Assembly: GCA_036677365.1 (NCBI GenBank)
Contig: JAVBWN010000006.1
Location: 8,919-72,918, forward strand
Length of the DNA: 64,000 nucleotides
DNA from: Acholeplasma sp.
Lineage (GTDB): Bacteria > Bacillota_I > Bacilli_A > Acholeplasmatales > UBA5453
Direction: 5' to 3'
Positions 1 to 10,055 of this stretch are shown piece after piece. Position numbers and translations under genes: made by a program. Below the pieces are notes generated by a model that was given only the letters and a program-made list of their open reading frames with translations, searched no databases and had not been told where the DNA came from. The first letter of the stretch is position 1, and each line of letters starts with the position of its first letter.

Positions 1-1
1 T

Positions 2-394
2 GCCAAAGGTCCAATTTCTAAAGACCAAATGAAGTCTTGGATGTTGGAAGCCCAAAAGGCAGCGTATACTGACGGTTTAGACCACGATTTACTCCACCCA
101 TACATGTGGTTGAATAAAGGTCATTACTATTCCGCCGGGTTAAACTTCTATAATTTTCCATATGCCTTCGGCTTATTGTTTGGTAAGGGCTTATACAGTT
201 TATATCAACAAGACCCACAATCGTTCTTAAAAAACTACGACCGTCTCTTGGGTTTAACTGGAAAAGCCAGTGTTGAAGACGTGGCAGCATCCATGGGCAT
301 CGATGTCACTAAAAAAGATTTTTGGGTAACTTCTTTAAATGAAGTGAACAAAGACATCGAACTTGTGATCGATTTAATGAAAAAAACCGTTTAG
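2..394 (+). CDS. M3 family oligoendopeptidase (PepF-like), C-terminal part; 5' end lies outside the window
   Basis: Frame open from nt 2; HPYMWLNKGHYY...FYNFPYAFGLLFGKGLY segment typical of M3B peptidases. Confidence 0.85.
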   Translation, partial: AKGPISKDQMKSWMLEAQKAAYTDGLDHDLLHPYMWLNKGHYYSAGLNFYNFPYAFGLLFGKGLYSLYQQDPQSFLKNYDRLLGLTGKASVEDVAASMGIDVTKKDFWVTSLNEVNKDIELVIDLMKKTV

Positions 395-493
395 GCACAC
401 CCTTATTTGTCATAATAGACGATGCATATGCTATAATGAAATTGGAATTTTTAAGACATTAAGATTTTTTTAACATTTTAAAGGAGATTTTTT

Positions 494-1198
494 ATGGAAA
501 ATCAAGAAGAAAAAGGACTTAGTATCATTGAGTTATTTAACCTGCTACTAAAAAATTGGCTACTAATTGGCATCTCAACCGTGTTGATTGCAGCTGTTGC
601 TGGGGTATATGCATTTGTTGTAGCCACCCCAATGTATGAATCCAAATCAGACATCATCGTTCAAGTAGAGTCTTCATCCGAACTTGGCTATGACTATACC
701 ACAGCATTACGTTTGGTGCCGTCCATCGCTGAATTCATGAAAAAAGACATCGTATTGGATGATGTCATTGAAACCCTCAACCTTGAAACTCAAATGTCAA
801 CCGCTCAACTTCGTTCAGGGTTGACTGTAACTTCCTCAAATACAACATTCTTCGTCTATGTGAGCTATGTCTCAGATGACCCAGAATTGTCCCAAGAAAT
901 CGCGAATCAAATCGTGGCTTCTGCACGTAAGATTGCGAATGAAAACGAAACATTCTCATCATTCAAAGATAAGATCAGTGACCCTACCACTGTGGCTAAA
1001 TTAGGTGTACAAACCTCACCAAACAAACCATTGTTGTTGATCATTGGGGTATTGTTGGGTGGTATTTTGGGTGTGGGGATCGTCTTAGTGATGGAACTCA
1101 CCAACAATACATACCGTACCAAAGAAGAGTTAGAAGCTGACTTCAACTTACAAGTGTTAGGTGTCATCCCAAGCTTCGAAGTGAAGGAGGAATTCTAA
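494..1198 (+). CDS. Wzz/CpsC-type polysaccharide chain-length regulator (BY-kinase membrane activator)
   Basis: Two TM segments flanking an extracytoplasmic loop, P-x-Y-x-S motif after TM1, SPN before TM2, C-terminal LQVLGVIP; precedes a BY-kinase. Confidence 0.88.
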   Translation: MENQEEKGLSIIELFNLLLKNWLLIGISTVLIAAVAGVYAFVVATPMYESKSDIIVQVESSSELGYDYTTALRLVPSIAEFMKKDIVLDDVIETLNLETQMSTAQLRSGLTVTSSNTTFFVYVSYVSDDPELSQEIANQIVASARKIANENETFSSFKDKISDPTTVAKLGVQTSPNKPLLLIIGVLLGGILGVGIVLVMELTNNTYRTKEELEADFNLQVLGVIPSFEVKEEF

Positions 1199-1200
1199 TC

Positions 1201-1905
1201 ATGAAATTATTCTCTAAAAAGATTGAAAGCAACTATGGTTATTTGGTTGCTAAAGAAGCACCGAACTCATTTGTTACTGAACAACTCCAAAAGATGATTG
1301 TCAACCTTGAATATGCGAACGTTGATGGTCAATATAAAGTCGTACAATTCACCTCATCGATGCAAAGTGAAGGTAAAACGACCCTCATCTCTAACGTTGC
1401 TTATTTATTGGCTTCCAGAGGTAAAAAAGTATTGGTTGTCGACCTAGACTTAAGAAGACCTAAAGTTAACCGAATTTACTCAGTCATCAATAAAGAAGGA
1501 TTAACCGATTATCTGCTTGGCAAAATCGATAAGAAAACACTGATTCGCAAGTCTGATGACAACATCGATTACATCATCAGTGGTGAAAAAACAACTTCGA
1601 TTGTTCAAATTTTGGAATCACAAAAACTCAAAGATTTGTTTGAAGGTCTTAAGCAAGAATACGATTATATCTTATTAGATACCCCACCAGTCATCGTTGT
1701 ATCTGATGCACTGCTCATCAACCGCATTGCCGATGGGGTCATCTTCATTGTTGCGCATGGACATGGTAAAAAGAGTATGGTCAAAGAAGCCATTACCAGT
1801 TTGACCAGAAACAATATTCCAATCATCGGTCTATGCATGACACAAGATAAGGTAACCAAGGGTAAAAAGTATGGTTACACCTATAAATACTACAGCAATG
1901 ATTGA
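1201..1905 (+). CDS. CpsD/CapB family bacterial tyrosine kinase
   Basis: Walker A SSMQSEGKTT, A' DLDLRRP, B ILLDTPP, C-terminal Tyr cluster KKYGYTYKYY. Confidence 0.92.
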   Translation: MKLFSKKIESNYGYLVAKEAPNSFVTEQLQKMIVNLEYANVDGQYKVVQFTSSMQSEGKTTLISNVAYLLASRGKKVLVVDLDLRRPKVNRIYSVINKEGLTDYLLGKIDKKTLIRKSDDNIDYIISGEKTTSIVQILESQKLKDLFEGLKQEYDYILLDTPPVIVVSDALLINRIADGVIFIVAHGHGKKSMVKEAITSLTRNNIPIIGLCMTQDKVTKGKKYGYTYKYYSND

Positions 1906-2593
1906 TAGTCATTGTCACATGTTGCCAGGTGTGGACGATGGTGCCAAAGACGAAGCCATGGCGTTAGCGATGATTGAAAAATCTGCAAACGATGGCGTCA
2001 CTCACATCATTTTAACCCCACATTTTCGCAAATTTGATGAAGGCAAACGCTTAAAACAAATAGCGGTTTTTGAAAATCTAAAACTTTCAGTCAAACAAAA
2101 AGGCATACCGATTGAACTCTATTTAGGAAAAGAAGTGTATTACAAAGATAACCTTCTTGAACAAACCAAAAATTTAGCGATCGATGGTAGCCCATATGTC
2201 TTGATTGAGTTTTCAACCACCATGGAACAAAATATTGAAGAAATCATCTTCAATTTAAAGGTTTCTAAACTCAAACCGATTGTCGCTCATGTGGAAAGAT
2301 ACCCATATTTAAAGAAAGAGGACTATCACCAAATCCGCTTGACTGGGGGACTTTTACAAGTCAATGCAGGTGCGATTAAAGGGTTTGAAGGGTTTGGTAA
2401 ACGACGATTGGTGAAGTTTCTACTGAAAAATCAATTGGTAGATATTGTTGCTTCCGATGCACATAACCTAACCAACCGTAAGCCCAATTTAAAAAATGCC
2501 TATAAAACTGTTTCAAAAAAGTATGGCAAAGCCTATGCGGATTTGATTTTCTTTGAAAACCCGAAGAAGATCATCGATTCAATTCAACTATAA
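1898..2593 (+). CDS. CpsB/CapC PHP-family protein-tyrosine phosphatase
   Basis: MIDSHCH, TPH, AHVERY, ASDAH motifs; start moved to ATG 1898 overlapping the kinase stop. Confidence 0.9.
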   Translation: MIDSHCHMLPGVDDGAKDEAMALAMIEKSANDGVTHIILTPHFRKFDEGKRLKQIAVFENLKLSVKQKGIPIELYLGKEVYYKDNLLEQTKNLAIDGSPYVLIEFSTTMEQNIEEIIFNLKVSKLKPIVAHVERYPYLKKEDYHQIRLTGGLLQVNAGAIKGFEGFGKRRLVKFLLKNQLVDIVASDAHNLTNRKPNLKNAYKTVSKKYGKAYADLIFFENPKKIIDSIQL

Positions 2594-2613
2594 GCCAGCC
2601 ACCGCTGGCTTTT
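2593..2613 (+). terminator. Rho-independent terminator
   Basis: AGCCAGC-CACC-GCTGGCT followed by T run. Confidence 0.8.
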
Positions 2614-2632
2614 ATATTTTAGGGAGAATACA

Positions 2633-3859
2633 ATGAAATTTACAAATGCTTTTACAGAAGATTTTGTTTTAACGGATGACATTTTAAGCATTGGTCAGAT
2701 GGCAAAAGAACGTAAAAAACAAAATCCAAACACGATTGACGCGACGATTGGTGCGCTTTTAAATGACCAAGGGGTATTGTTAGCCTTTCCTTCGGTAGAA
2801 CAAATCCTTAAGAATCAAGATTCCACCAAAGTCCGTGCCTATCCGCCAGTCGATGGGGGAAAACCATTCAAGAAGGCCCTCAAACAATGGGTTTTTCAAG
2901 ATAAACTACCACAAATTGAATCGGCATTTAAACTTGAAGTACTCGCCACACCTGGCGCATCCGGTGCTTTATCCAATGTGCTCGCCAATTATGTGACTAA
3001 AGGGGATATGGTCGTCTTACCTGACATCTTTTGGAGTAATTACGCAGCCATCATCAACGCCACCGAAGCTGGTCACGTAACCTATCCAATGTTTAAAAAC
3101 AATGCGTTTAATTTGGAAGGATTCAGAAAGACCACCACTTTAATCGCGAAAGAAACGAATAAAGTCGTTGTATTGCTCAATGACCCTTGTCAAAATCCAA
3201 CCGGGTATTCACTTTCAAAAACAGAACTTGAAGGCTTGATTGAACACCTCGATGACCTCGGTAAAACTGTCCCTGTGGTGCTCATCTATGACATCGCTTA
3301 TTTGGATTATGCCGATTTAAATTACGCCGATACGAGAACGCGATTCTTATCTTTCCTAAAGGTAAACTCATCGATGTTGATTACCATCGCTTTTAGCGCA
3401 TCCAAAACTTTTGGTATATATGGGTATCGTGGTGGTGGGGTCGTTGCGTTATCTAAAGATGACAGTGTCATTGAAGAATTCAGTCGCGTCGCTTTATATA
3501 AAGCACGTTCAACGTGGAGTTGTCCACCCACCGAACCCATTTTCTTGATGAACACTTTACAAGAACAACCCCTTTTACAACAACAGTTTTTAGGTGAACT
3601 CCAAACGGTTCGTACCCTATTACAAACCCGTGCAAAAGCATTCATTGAAGAGGCCAAACAAGTTCAACTCGTTCATTATCCGTATGTCTCAGGCTTTTTC
3701 GTCACAATCCCAGTATTGGAACCAAAAAAAGTATTTGAGCGACTCAAAGCGAAAGATATCTTTGTCGTACCGCTATCTGGTGCGATCCGTGTCGCTTTAG
3801 CAGCGATATCGGTGGATGAAATTCACGGGCTAGCCGCTAAAATTAAAGCAGAAATCTAA
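2633..3859 (+). CDS. PLP-dependent aminotransferase class I/II (aspartate/aromatic type)
   Basis: NPTG, YDIAY and SASKTFGIYGYRGG PLP-lysine motifs. Confidence 0.88.
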   Translation: MKFTNAFTEDFVLTDDILSIGQMAKERKKQNPNTIDATIGALLNDQGVLLAFPSVEQILKNQDSTKVRAYPPVDGGKPFKKALKQWVFQDKLPQIESAFKLEVLATPGASGALSNVLANYVTKGDMVVLPDIFWSNYAAIINATEAGHVTYPMFKNNAFNLEGFRKTTTLIAKETNKVVVLLNDPCQNPTGYSLSKTELEGLIEHLDDLGKTVPVVLIYDIAYLDYADLNYADTRTRFLSFLKVNSSMLITIAFSASKTFGIYGYRGGGVVALSKDDSVIEEFSRVALYKARSTWSCPPTEPIFLMNTLQEQPLLQQQFLGELQTVRTLLQTRAKAFIEEAKQVQLVHYPYVSGFFVTIPVLEPKKVFERLKAKDIFVVPLSGAIRVALAAISVDEIHGLAAKIKAEI

Positions 3860-3999
3860 GAGGGTAATACCTCTTTTTTCTTTAGCTTGGTCGTGAGCAT
3901 ATAATCCATAATCGATGGCTATCGTGTTATAATTAGAATGTCAAAGTAAAAAATGTAAGGTCTTTGACCTTGAAATCATATGAAAGGTTTGGATGCAGG

Positions 4000-5379
4000 A
4001 TGAACCATACACATACCATATTAACCATTTTCGGTTCGACGGGGGACCTCACCATTCGAAAGCTGTTACCCGCCATCGAAAAGCTTTTACAAGAAAACTT
4101 ACTAGAACCTACCACACAAATCATCGCAGTCGGCAGAAGAGATTACACGACGGAATCGTATTTGGCATTTGTAGAAAAAGAGTTGAAGGTTCAATTCAAT
4201 ACCAAGGCACTGATCCCTCACGTGACTTATTTTAAGTTGGATGTAGACCAAATTGAGGATTATTTAGCCCTCAAAGCCCATATTGAAAAAATCTCAAATC
4301 CAGAAACCAGAAAGGTTTATTATCTGGCTGTGGGTCCTGAGCTTTTAAAAGGCATCGCAACCAACATTGGAGAATCTCAATTGGTTTTGAAGGAAGACTT
4401 GAATTCTAGCATCACTTTCGAAAAACCATTCGGGTCTGATTTAGCCTCCGCCAAAGCCATCAACGCGTTGTTGTGGTCTTATTTCGATGAAAAACAAATT
4501 TATCGTATTGACCATTATTTGGGTAAAGAGATGATTCAAAACATCCTAACAGTACGCTTCGCGAATAAGATATTTGAAAGCATTTGGAACAACAACACCA
4601 TCAAAAACATCAAAATTATCGCGAAAGAAACCGACACGATTTTATCTAGAGCAGGCTATTATGATACCTCTGGTGCGCTAAAAGATATGGTTCAAAGCCA
4701 CCTATTACAAATGTTGTCTTTGGTTGCGATGGAAGTACCAAGGTCTTATAACAGTGAAGATTTAAAAAATGAAAAAGTCGATGTCTTAAGGAAATTGCGA
4801 TATGACCGTAAATCATTGGTCATCGGGCAATATGAGGGTTATCAAAATGAACCCAATATTGCGAAAGACTCAAAAACTGAAACGTTTGTGTTCTTCAAAG
4901 CATTTGTCGATACCCCTCGTTTTAAAGGTGTACCATTTTACTTAATGACGGGTAAAGCCCTAGAACAAAAAGAATCGGTCATCATCATTGAATTTGAAGA
5001 GACTTCGGAACAACACAAATGGGATTTACCGCTTTTTACCAATAAACTCTACATTAAAATTGCCCCACAAGATGGCATCTCTTTAACCTTAAATTCTAAA
5101 GTACCTGGGTTAAGAAATGCAGTTGAAGAAGTCGATTTGGATTACTGTGTGGCTTGTAACGCGGTGGGAAACTTACCTGAAGCCTATGAGAAACTCATCT
5201 TAGATATGACCAAACATAGTAAATCTTTATTTACCCGATGGGATGAAATTGAACTCTCGTGGCAATTCATTGACCAAGTCAAGCAGGACATTGCTTTAAA
5301 ACACATCCCACTCAGAATATATCAAACCCCACAAGCGTTATATGACCTCATTCATGAGATGACAGGAGAGACCATTTAA
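4000..5379 (+). CDS. zwf: Glucose-6-phosphate 1-dehydrogenase
   Basis: GSTGDL NADP motif, EKPFG, RIDHYLGKE signature; start moved to ATG 4000. Confidence 0.95.
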   Translation: MNHTHTILTIFGSTGDLTIRKLLPAIEKLLQENLLEPTTQIIAVGRRDYTTESYLAFVEKELKVQFNTKALIPHVTYFKLDVDQIEDYLALKAHIEKISNPETRKVYYLAVGPELLKGIATNIGESQLVLKEDLNSSITFEKPFGSDLASAKAINALLWSYFDEKQIYRIDHYLGKEMIQNILTVRFANKIFESIWNNNTIKNIKIIAKETDTILSRAGYYDTSGALKDMVQSHLLQMLSLVAMEVPRSYNSEDLKNEKVDVLRKLRYDRKSLVIGQYEGYQNEPNIAKDSKTETFVFFKAFVDTPRFKGVPFYLMTGKALEQKESVIIIEFEETSEQHKWDLPLFTNKLYIKIAPQDGISLTLNSKVPGLRNAVEEVDLDYCVACNAVGNLPEAYEKLILDMTKHSKSLFTRWDEIELSWQFIDQVKQDIALKHIPLRIYQTPQALYDLIHEMTGETI

Positions 5380-6000
5380 ATGAAAATTTACGATATATCG
5401 ATGGAAATCCATCCGGATATGCCAGTGTATAAGGATTTACAATCGAAAAAACCCACATTTAAAAATGTTGCTAACTTTAAAGACAATAGTCACTATGAAA
5501 CAGATGTCACCATGAACGTCCATAGTGGCACCCATGTGGATTTTAATTTGCACATGGTTGAGGGTGGCGAAACCAGCAGTGAAGCCAAATTGGACCATTA
5601 TATCAGCGAAGCACGAGTGTTTGATTTATCTTATGTATTAGAATATATCACCAAAGAAAACTTGGTGAATTTAGCAATCAGAAAAAACGATTTTGTCATT
5701 TTTAAAACCCGAAACTCACAAGATGAAGGGTTCAATCCAAACTTTGTGTTTGTCGCGGAATCTGCAGCGAATTATTTAGCGGAACTCGGCATTAAAGGTG
5801 TAGGGATCGATGCTTTGGGCATTGAAAGAAGCCAACCGGGTCATCCAACCCACAAAGCATTGATGTCTAAAAACATCATTATTTTAGAAGGTCTAAGGTT
5901 GGCCAATATCCGCTCGGGGTCATACACATTGATTGCTTTACCACTCAAAATACGTGGTTTAGATGCATCCCCTGTAAGAGCTATTTTATTAGGAAACTAA
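5380..6000 (+). CDS. Cyclase family (KynB-like) metal-dependent hydrolase
   Basis: HSGTHVD (HxGTHxD) motif, GIDALGIE, ILEGL, DASPVRA; abuts the zwf stop (TAAATG). Confidence 0.9.
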   Translation: MKIYDISMEIHPDMPVYKDLQSKKPTFKNVANFKDNSHYETDVTMNVHSGTHVDFNLHMVEGGETSSEAKLDHYISEARVFDLSYVLEYITKENLVNLAIRKNDFVIFKTRNSQDEGFNPNFVFVAESAANYLAELGIKGVGIDALGIERSQPGHPTHKALMSKNIIILEGLRLANIRSGSYTLIALPLKIRGLDASPVRAILLGN

Positions 6001-6064
6001 GCGATTTAGTTTCCTTTTTGTCATATTTATATCGTGTGTTATAATTGTAATGAGGTATGAACTT

Positions 6065-7531
6065 ATGAAACGTTTATGGACTTTACTCTTATTGACGATA
6101 CTTGTCGTTGGGTTAGTTGCTTGCACACCACCAGAAACAACCAAGGCACTTGTGTTGGACGAAGTTCCAAGCCAAATCACAACGGACTATACATTGCCAA
6201 GCATTTACGATGATTTTAATCTCGAATGGTTTTTAAACGATGAACCCATTGGCTATGTTCTTCCAATAAAATATACGTTTAAAGGTACGACGGACGTATT
6301 ATCTGTAAAAATGACCAAAGGATTTCAAGTAGTTACTGGTGAAAAAGAAGTGACGTATGCTTTGAGTTCAATCACGACCGATTTGTACATTCAAACCGAA
6401 AACAATCAAAATATCACATCCAAAGATACGTATCTTCAGGGTACAGTATCCATAGACTCAGATACCGATGCTTTTGACCAAACGAACTTGACCATGGGCA
6501 TTAAAGGTAGAGGTAACTCAACTTGGGATTTCCCTAAAAAACCTTATCGTATTAAGTTTACAGAAAGACAAAGCTTGTTGGGCATGCGTCCGGCGCGGGA
6601 TTATGTCCTATTGGCAGAATATAACGATAAATCCTTGATTAGAAACTACTTAGCACATTATTTTTCTACCTTATTAGACATTGAATACACCCTAGAAACC
6701 CGTTTTGTACAACTCTACATCAACGGCAATTATAATGGATTATACTTACTAACCGAACAAGTAGAAGTCGATAAAAATCGTTTAAATATCGATGAATCTG
6801 TGGATGCCGATGGGGGATTCTTAATTGAAATGGAATCCAATGACCGGATCTGGCAAGAAGGCGAAGAAGACTTAAATTGGGTCAAGGTTGATGGTTATAA
6901 TTATGTCATCAAATCCCCTAAAATGGACGAACTCACCGTCCCTGAAGTGAACGGTAAGATTCAATTCATTAAAAACACATTGAACCAGTTTATCCAATCG
7001 ATTGGCCAAGGGACGTATGAATCCTACATGGATATGAACCAATTCATCGATTACTTCATCATTTCTGAACTCTTTAAACAAGTCGATGTGGGCTATTCAT
7101 CGGTGTATATTTATAAAGATAAAAATGAACTCATGCGCATGGGTCCAGTATGGGATTTTGATATTTCTAGTGGAAATGGCGATTATTACGATTCTGGTCC
7201 ACAAGGCTACTGGGTTGACTATAACCCGTGGTTCAATTATTTAATTGATAAGCCTGAATTTGAATCGCGCTATATCGTCAGGTTCATGGAAGTTTCGTAT
7301 TTATACTTTGACCAATTGATCGCTGAACTCGATTTGGTCTCTTCGTTATTATTCACAGACGCGTTGATCAACTTTGAAAAGTGGCGAATTCTTGGCATTT
7401 ATGTCTGGCCAAACCCACCTCAAATGGTCGAAGCGGACACGTATGCTAAACAGATTCAATACTTAAAAAATTATTTAATCCAACGTGAAGCGTGGTTAAC
7501 CACCACATTGACCACCGATGGGTATCGATAA
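6065..7531 (+). CDS. CotH kinase family lipoprotein
   Basis: Lipobox LVAC after a hydrophobic stretch; IKGRGNSTW, KKPYRIKF, YLLTEQV, GPVWDFD CotH motifs; RBS GAGGT supports ATG 6065. Confidence 0.85.
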   Translation: MKRLWTLLLLTILVVGLVACTPPETTKALVLDEVPSQITTDYTLPSIYDDFNLEWFLNDEPIGYVLPIKYTFKGTTDVLSVKMTKGFQVVTGEKEVTYALSSITTDLYIQTENNQNITSKDTYLQGTVSIDSDTDAFDQTNLTMGIKGRGNSTWDFPKKPYRIKFTERQSLLGMRPARDYVLLAEYNDKSLIRNYLAHYFSTLLDIEYTLETRFVQLYINGNYNGLYLLTEQVEVDKNRLNIDESVDADGGFLIEMESNDRIWQEGEEDLNWVKVDGYNYVIKSPKMDELTVPEVNGKIQFIKNTLNQFIQSIGQGTYESYMDMNQFIDYFIISELFKQVDVGYSSVYIYKDKNELMRMGPVWDFDISSGNGDYYDSGPQGYWVDYNPWFNYLIDKPEFESRYIVRFMEVSYLYFDQLIAELDLVSSLLFTDALINFEKWRILGIYVWPNPPQMVEADTYAKQIQYLKNYLIQREAWLTTTLTTDGYR

Positions 7532-7554
7532 AATAGGCGTTTGCCTATTTTTTT
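7531..7554 (+). terminator. Rho-independent terminator
   Basis: AAATAGGC-GTTT-GCCTATTT plus T run. Confidence 0.8.
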
Positions 7555-7607
7555 GCATATAGAGAAAGCGCTTTATATAGTATAATATAAACAGAAGGAT
7601 GTGAATT

Positions 7608-8579
7608 ATGAAATACGTGAACTTAAGCCGTTACGGCAGACAAATCGATCCTTTTTTCTTTGCTTTGGAAAGTGTCTTATTGGAAGATTTAAAGGAAGAT
7701 TTATTTTTCATTTGGCATGTCTATGGGGCAGTCATCATCGGTAAAAATCAATTGCTTGAAACCGAAGTCAATGAAGCCTTTTTGACAGAAAACAATATCC
7801 CAGTATTTAGACGTTTGTCTGGTGGTGGGGCCGTATACTCGGATGAAGGGTGTATCAAATACAGCTTTCTATCTAAAAAATTTGATAAAGAAGTCATATT
7901 CAAAGAGTCCTTAACGAAGATCAAATCCGTCTTTGACGCGTTAAATATCCCCGTCGTTTTGTCGGGTCGAAATGACATCTTATATGAAGGTAAAAAGTTT
8001 TCTGGCAATGCCTATTTTCACAATCAATATGGGTCATGTTTGCACGGGACCATTTTGTACGATACGGATTTTGAAATCTTGGTTAAATCGATTACACCTT
8101 CAAATGAAAAACTCATTTCTAAAGGCATTGAATCGGTGCGACAACGTGTCACCAACATGAAAGATGTGGTGGGTAAAGACATTGAAGATTTTACCCATTT
8201 CTTGGTCAATCATGTGACCGATGGGGAATATGTATTAAGCGAAGTACAAGAACAAAAAGTGTTTGAACGGATGAAAAAATTCAGCGAACCCACTTACATC
8301 AAAGGCAATAACCCACCCTATAGTTTCAAACACATCAAACGTTTTAACTGTGGGTCTGTGGGGGTCAAGCTTGACATCAACCGTGGGGTTATCCGTGATT
8401 TTATCCTCTATGGGGACTATTTTACAGACCAAGAACCGACCGAATTAAAAACATATTTTATGAATCAGCCATTTGATATAAAAACGATGGAAGCAATCAT
8501 CAGTCAATTCAACATATCGGATTATATTGTGGGTTTAACCAATGAAGAATTCATTAGTCTATTCAAGGAGGATGTATGA
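7608..8579 (+). CDS. lplA: Lipoate-protein ligase A
   Basis: IGKNQ, RRLSGGGAVYSD, GRNDI, KKFSGNA, HGTILYD motifs. Confidence 0.92.
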   Translation: MKYVNLSRYGRQIDPFFFALESVLLEDLKEDLFFIWHVYGAVIIGKNQLLETEVNEAFLTENNIPVFRRLSGGGAVYSDEGCIKYSFLSKKFDKEVIFKESLTKIKSVFDALNIPVVLSGRNDILYEGKKFSGNAYFHNQYGSCLHGTILYDTDFEILVKSITPSNEKLISKGIESVRQRVTNMKDVVGKDIEDFTHFLVNHVTDGEYVLSEVQEQKVFERMKKFSEPTYIKGNNPPYSFKHIKRFNCGSVGVKLDINRGVIRDFILYGDYFTDQEPTELKTYFMNQPFDIKTMEAIISQFNISDYIVGLTNEEFISLFKEDV

Positions 8580-9667
8580 TGGATATGAAAATCACGTGTC
8601 TACACGATAGACACCTCAAGCTTGGCGCGAAAATGACCGAATTTGGTGGGTTTGATATGCCGGTCTCTTATCGGGGTATTTTACAAGAACACCAAGCGGT
8701 TAGAGAAGCCTGTGGCGTATTCGATTGTTCCCACATGGGTGAAATCGATTTAAAAGGCAAAGACGCACTCAAATTTTTAAACGAAATCACCACCAATGAT
8801 TTCACCGATTTAAAAGACAAACAACTCCAGTACACCTTACTTTGTGAAGAATCGGGTGGGGTGGTGGATGATTTGATGGTCTACCAATTTAACAAAGAAC
8901 ACTATTTATTGGTTGTGAACGCATCCAATACCATCAAAGACTTTAAATGGTTAACCAGCCATCAGTCTCCTTATGACATTGAATTGTCCAACGATTCAGA
9001 ATTCTTTGGTCAACTCGCTTTACAAGGCCCTAAAGCAGTAGAAATATTGAAGGTTCTCATCCCTGAAGTAGCATCACTAACTTTCATGCATTTTGATACA
9101 TTTGTTTGGAATCACCACGAATTCATCATCTCAAGAAGCGGTTATACCGGTGAAGATGGGTTTGAGATTTATGGTTCACCCAAAGCCACGGTTGCTTTAT
9201 GGGACCAATTGATGACTTTAAATGTGGAACCATGTGGCTTAGGGGCGAGAGATACCTTACGTTTTGAAGCCGGATTACCGCTATATGGTCATGAAATCAA
9301 CGGGTTCATTACCCCACTCGAAGCTGGTTTATCCTTTGGGGTTAAACTCCATAAACCATTCATTGGTAGAGATGTTTTATTGAAACAAAAAGAACAAGGC
9401 TTAGAAAGAAGAATCATTGGTCTTGAACTATTAGAAAGAAACATCGCGAGGGATGGGTATATTGTGTATGATGCCAATCAAAAGATGATTGGTTACATCA
9501 CCACAGGGTATATGATTCCCAATACCAATAAAGCTTTAGCAAACGCAATGATCGATTCGAGTGTTAAAATTGGTACAGAAGTATTTGTTGAAATTAGAAA
9601 CAAGATGGTCAAAGCCGTCATTAGAAATAGAAAATTTTACGAAAAGAAATATAAAAAAGAGGTCTAG
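8576..9667 (+). CDS. gcvT: Glycine cleavage system T protein (aminomethyltransferase)
   Basis: FGGFDMPV, FDCSHMG, SRSGYTGEDGFE, GLGARDTLRFEAG. Confidence 0.97.
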   Translation: MMDMKITCLHDRHLKLGAKMTEFGGFDMPVSYRGILQEHQAVREACGVFDCSHMGEIDLKGKDALKFLNEITTNDFTDLKDKQLQYTLLCEESGGVVDDLMVYQFNKEHYLLVVNASNTIKDFKWLTSHQSPYDIELSNDSEFFGQLALQGPKAVEILKVLIPEVASLTFMHFDTFVWNHHEFIISRSGYTGEDGFEIYGSPKATVALWDQLMTLNVEPCGLGARDTLRFEAGLPLYGHEINGFITPLEAGLSFGVKLHKPFIGRDVLLKQKEQGLERRIIGLELLERNIARDGYIVYDANQKMIGYITTGYMIPNTNKALANAMIDSSVKIGTEVFVEIRNKMVKAVIRNRKFYEKKYKKEV

Positions 9668-9669
9668 AC

Positions 9670-10047
9670 ATGGAAAAGATTCTAAAAGATTTATTGTACA
9701 CCCCAACCCATGAATGGGTTAAGATTGAAAACAACACAGCGAAGATTGGTATTACAGACTATGCACAACACAGCCTTGGGTCGGTCGTCTTCGTCGATTT
9801 ACCGAATGTGGGCAGTGCTTTTGGTCAATTTGACCCATTCGGTGCTGTAGAATCGGTTAAAGCAGCGTCTGATTTATTGATGCCAGTTTCTGGCAAAGTC
9901 ATCGCTGTCAATGACGCCTTAGTATCACAACCTGAACTTTTAAACGAAGATGCTTTCGCCAACTGGCTCATCGAAGTTGAAGTCAAAGACCCATCTGAAG
10001 TGGCTAAACTACTTTCACCAGACGCGTATCAAAAGACCTTACATTAG
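9670..10047 (+). CDS. gcvH: Glycine cleavage system H protein
   Basis: THEW, GITDYAQ, lipoyl-lysine motif VESVKAASD. Confidence 0.97.
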   Translation: MEKILKDLLYTPTHEWVKIENNTAKIGITDYAQHSLGSVVFVDLPNVGSAFGQFDPFGAVESVKAASDLLMPVSGKVIAVNDALVSQPELLNEDAFANWLIEVEVKDPSEVAKLLSPDAYQKTLH

Positions 10048-10055
10048 GAGGCAAC

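Noticed and set aside
7531-7608. Glycine riboswitch upstream of lplA-gcv
   Set aside because: The gap is only 76 nt and is filled by a terminator, promoter and RBS; no aptamer motif
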